The notes beneath the pieces are model-generated. The model saw only the letters and a list, made by a program, of their open reading frames with translations. It did not search any database and was not told where the DNA came from. Both the position numbers and the translations under genes were made by a program. From Squalus acanthias (Eukaryota): a stretch of 64,000 nucleotides of DNA. Positions 61,253-64,000 of the stretch are shown piece after piece; the first letter of the stretch is position 1, and each line of letters begins with the position of its first letter. The stretch is from NCBI GenBank assembly GCA_030390025.1, contig CM059432.1, forward strand, positions 152,646,001-152,710,000. The letters run 5' to 3'.

Positions 61253-61313
61253 AATATCTGATGGTTTGATTTGAAACATAAGGCAAAGTCTGGCTGCCTT
61301 GTGGTCTATTAGG

Positions 61314-61778
61314 TGTCAGCTGTGGCTCAGTGGGTTGTACTCTCTCCTCTGAGTCAGAAGGCTGTGGGTTCAAGTCCCACTCCAGAGACTTGAGCATAAA
61401 AATCTAGGCTGACACTCCAGTGCAATGCTGAGGGAGTGCTGCACTGTCAGAGTTGTCGTCTTTCAGATGAGACGTTAAACTGAGGCTCTGTCTACTCTCT
61501 CAGGTGGATGTAAAAGCTCCCACTATTAAATTGAAGAGTAGGGGAGTTCTCCCAGTGTCCTGATCAATAGTTATCCCTCAGCCAACATCTCAACAAAAAA
61601 ACTGGTCATTTCTTTTTTTATTTATTGCACTGCTGTTTGTGGGATCTTGCTGTGTGCAAATTGGCTGCCACGTTTCCTATATTACAACAGTGGCTACACT
61701 TCAAAAGTACTTCATTGACTGTAAAGCGCTTTGGGACGTCCTGAGGTGGTGAGTAGCGTTATATATATATATACAAGT
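61314..61778 (+). mobile_element. SacSINE1/DeuSINE-like SINE, near full length
   Basis: Head TGTCAGCTGTGGCTCAGTGG, body and tail. Confidence 0.92.
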
Positions 61779-63660
61779 GCTTACCTGCAGCACTGCCCAT
61801 TAAAGAGGATGGTTCAACATATTTCCGCTTAGCTGGGAAGTCACTGGCACCAGATCTAACTCGGCATAAATCCTGTGGGGAAGCAAGAAGAGAAAAAGAT
61901 AAACCAAATATAATTTTAAGAAAATTATGTACGCAAGATATGTGTTGTGAATTTAGGCCAGTGGACTTACTACTTGGGAGATCTGATATTTTCAACTGAA
62001 CTGGTTTGTCTTCTGTTGACTTGCATTTTTTTCAGCAAAATACAAGCCATGAGCAGTGGGGGTGCTGGAGCCCAAGTTAGTTAACAAATTGTTGCATTTT
62101 AGCATCTCTGCCTTGGAACTGGGGCAATTGGGAAGCCTGTCACTTTACAGGAAGATTTTAAAACTTTTTTAGAAAGATATTCAATATAATATAAATGTAT
62201 TTTACCTGAATATCTGAGGATACTTTTTTATAGTGTTGCATAAAGTGCACGTTTGTTTCCCCCTTTTCTACAATGACCTAGGAGCAGCATTGCCTGTGGC
62301 TTGCTCCGCACAGACCTGATTGACCCATGTTACACAATGAAACTAGCTGTAGTTTTCTGAATGGAGCGATTTTGTTGCATTCCGAACAATCGGGAACTAC
62401 AATCGCGAAATAATTATTAACAAAGAAAGAACTTTAGAAAATGGCAAAACATCATGGTCCAAGTCGTGTAGTGCGGCCTCACTTTTACAAGTGGGAGAGG
62501 GTGGGGACGGAGCAGTTCCTGGGTCCCAGGGACTGTTGAAGATCAAGACCCTCACAGGGTGCCACAGCTAAGACAAGTGATATGTTCCAACAAATGATGT
62601 GCTATCACACAGTTTTGGGCATTTTCAGCATCTTTGGGTTACTTTATGCTAAATTCTAATACTCTGGCAGCAAGTCACACTACATGAGGTAAGTGTAGAA
62701 ATTCTCAGGATTTGTTATGGGACCTCATGCTATGCCAAACCACTTCCCTCAGCTATAAGTACCTACATATACACTGGTAGGCTTTCCGAGTCCTTGCATG
62801 CGGGTAGTAGACCTGCGGATTTCAGATGTTTACAGTGTGTGAGGACTGGGGCAATCTACCTTACGCTGTATGTAAAATGAGTGCCTCAGGTTTGAATCCG
62901 GGTGTTTCTAGCAGAATGGGGTTTCCATATTCCGAGTGCATTCTGGAGTAGGTTACTGTACTGATCCACATTAAATTCAGCACCATTTGACTTGAATTAC
63001 CTTCTGGCACTAAGTGAGCAGGCAGGGCCATCTTGAAGACTGAGCAATCCAGCAGTATACAATGCCCTCTTTCATTAGACTGTCTGAACAGTCGGATTTC
63101 CTGACTGTTGTTCAGGAAGCTGCACACTGAATACAAAGACCTCAGCAGAATAAACGTTGATGGGTTTGTGCCACAGTTCTACTGTTCACCCGAGTCTCTT
63201 CTGGCCAGTCACGGAGCTGGAAACTATGCAAGGGGCAGACTTTTCTCTTGCTTTTGGGTTTTTGTGGATCATTTGGGCATTGTGCAGAGAGGAAAATCAG
63301 AGGAGGAAAATCGCACTACGGTAAACAAAGTCTGTCTGATTTTCCGTCCAATTAAATTAATGGATGGAAAATTGGACACAGGTCCGTTACAGGCAAGTGA
63401 TCCTTCCCGCTGGATTTTCCTCTCTGTGCTGTGTTCAGGACATCCTATATGGTTAGGCAGAAAAGAGGCAAACTCTCTGGATTGAGCTGTTCCATTTGAT
63501 TGTCTGATAGCAGTTTATTAAACAGATTATTATGTAAACCCTGCAGAGAACAATCAAGACTATTGTTACCACAAATTTAAATAAGCAGAGTGTCTTTGTC
63601 TGAAGTTCATTGTGCAGAGCAGTTAACCATCTATAAAATCAACTTCCAAAAACCTATCTA

Positions 63661-63848
63661 CGGAGATCATTTCAACTTCGCCGCCTGGGCTGTAATCTAC
63701 TGGAGTGGATCAACTCCCAGCTTCAGAACCCATGCAATTGTGGTTCCATTGATTTGAATGGAATGAAAATCGGCCGAGTTCTACAGCGGACGGGTGATCC
63801 CACTCTGCCAGCTTACCGCCCAGGCGGAGAAATTGGAAATGACCACCC
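63661..63848. mobile_element. Palindromic MITE (~190 bp)
   Basis: About 35-bp imperfect TIRs (TCATTTC..CCGCCTGGGC.GTAA), inner arms, central TTCCATT...AATGGAA hairpin, TA flanks. Confidence 0.75.
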
Positions 63849-64000
63849 TAGTAGTCCAGAATAGATTGGTCGAATTATTTCACATTTTCTTCATCCTAAT
63901 TCATTCTTTAAAGCCAGAATGACTCCACCATGTTTGAAAGTGTATTCTCTTTCTAAACAGAGATTCACCTTTGATTGGCATTCATTTCTCTAATTTGAAA

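Overview
This is eukaryotic, vertebrate genomic DNA, most likely from a shark or other cartilaginous fish, judging from HE1-type V-SINE, SacSINE1/DeuSINE-type SINEs and shark-type CR1 LINEs. The window lies inside GLI3 on the + strand. One 243-bp internal coding exon (30180-30422, equivalent to human exon 3) is recognisable; the rest is intron, and no other host exon was identified. The introns contain (i) a full-length CR1 LINE with both ORFs open and a 76-bp tandem array at its 5' end (38710-43626, minus), (ii) a multiply nested stack at about 11.4-24.2 kb (old CR1 > Gypsy LTR element > TIR element plus two CR1s > HE1 SINE), (iii) two Penelope-like insertions, each with a target-site duplication and a minimal hammerhead ribozyme motif, (iv) a decayed PIF/Harbinger transposon and several TIR elements, and (v) many SINE/LINE fragments, minisatellites and TE-free stretches that look like conserved enhancers. 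Most ORFs in the supplied track are spurious (antisense to TEs or from repeats). No prokaryotic system such as CRISPR or an operon is present. Family names come from motif recognition, not database searches, and I cannot claim a wholly new system. The best leads are the intact CR1, the hammerheads, a candidate GLI3 microexon and a duplicated FOX/homeodomain motif.
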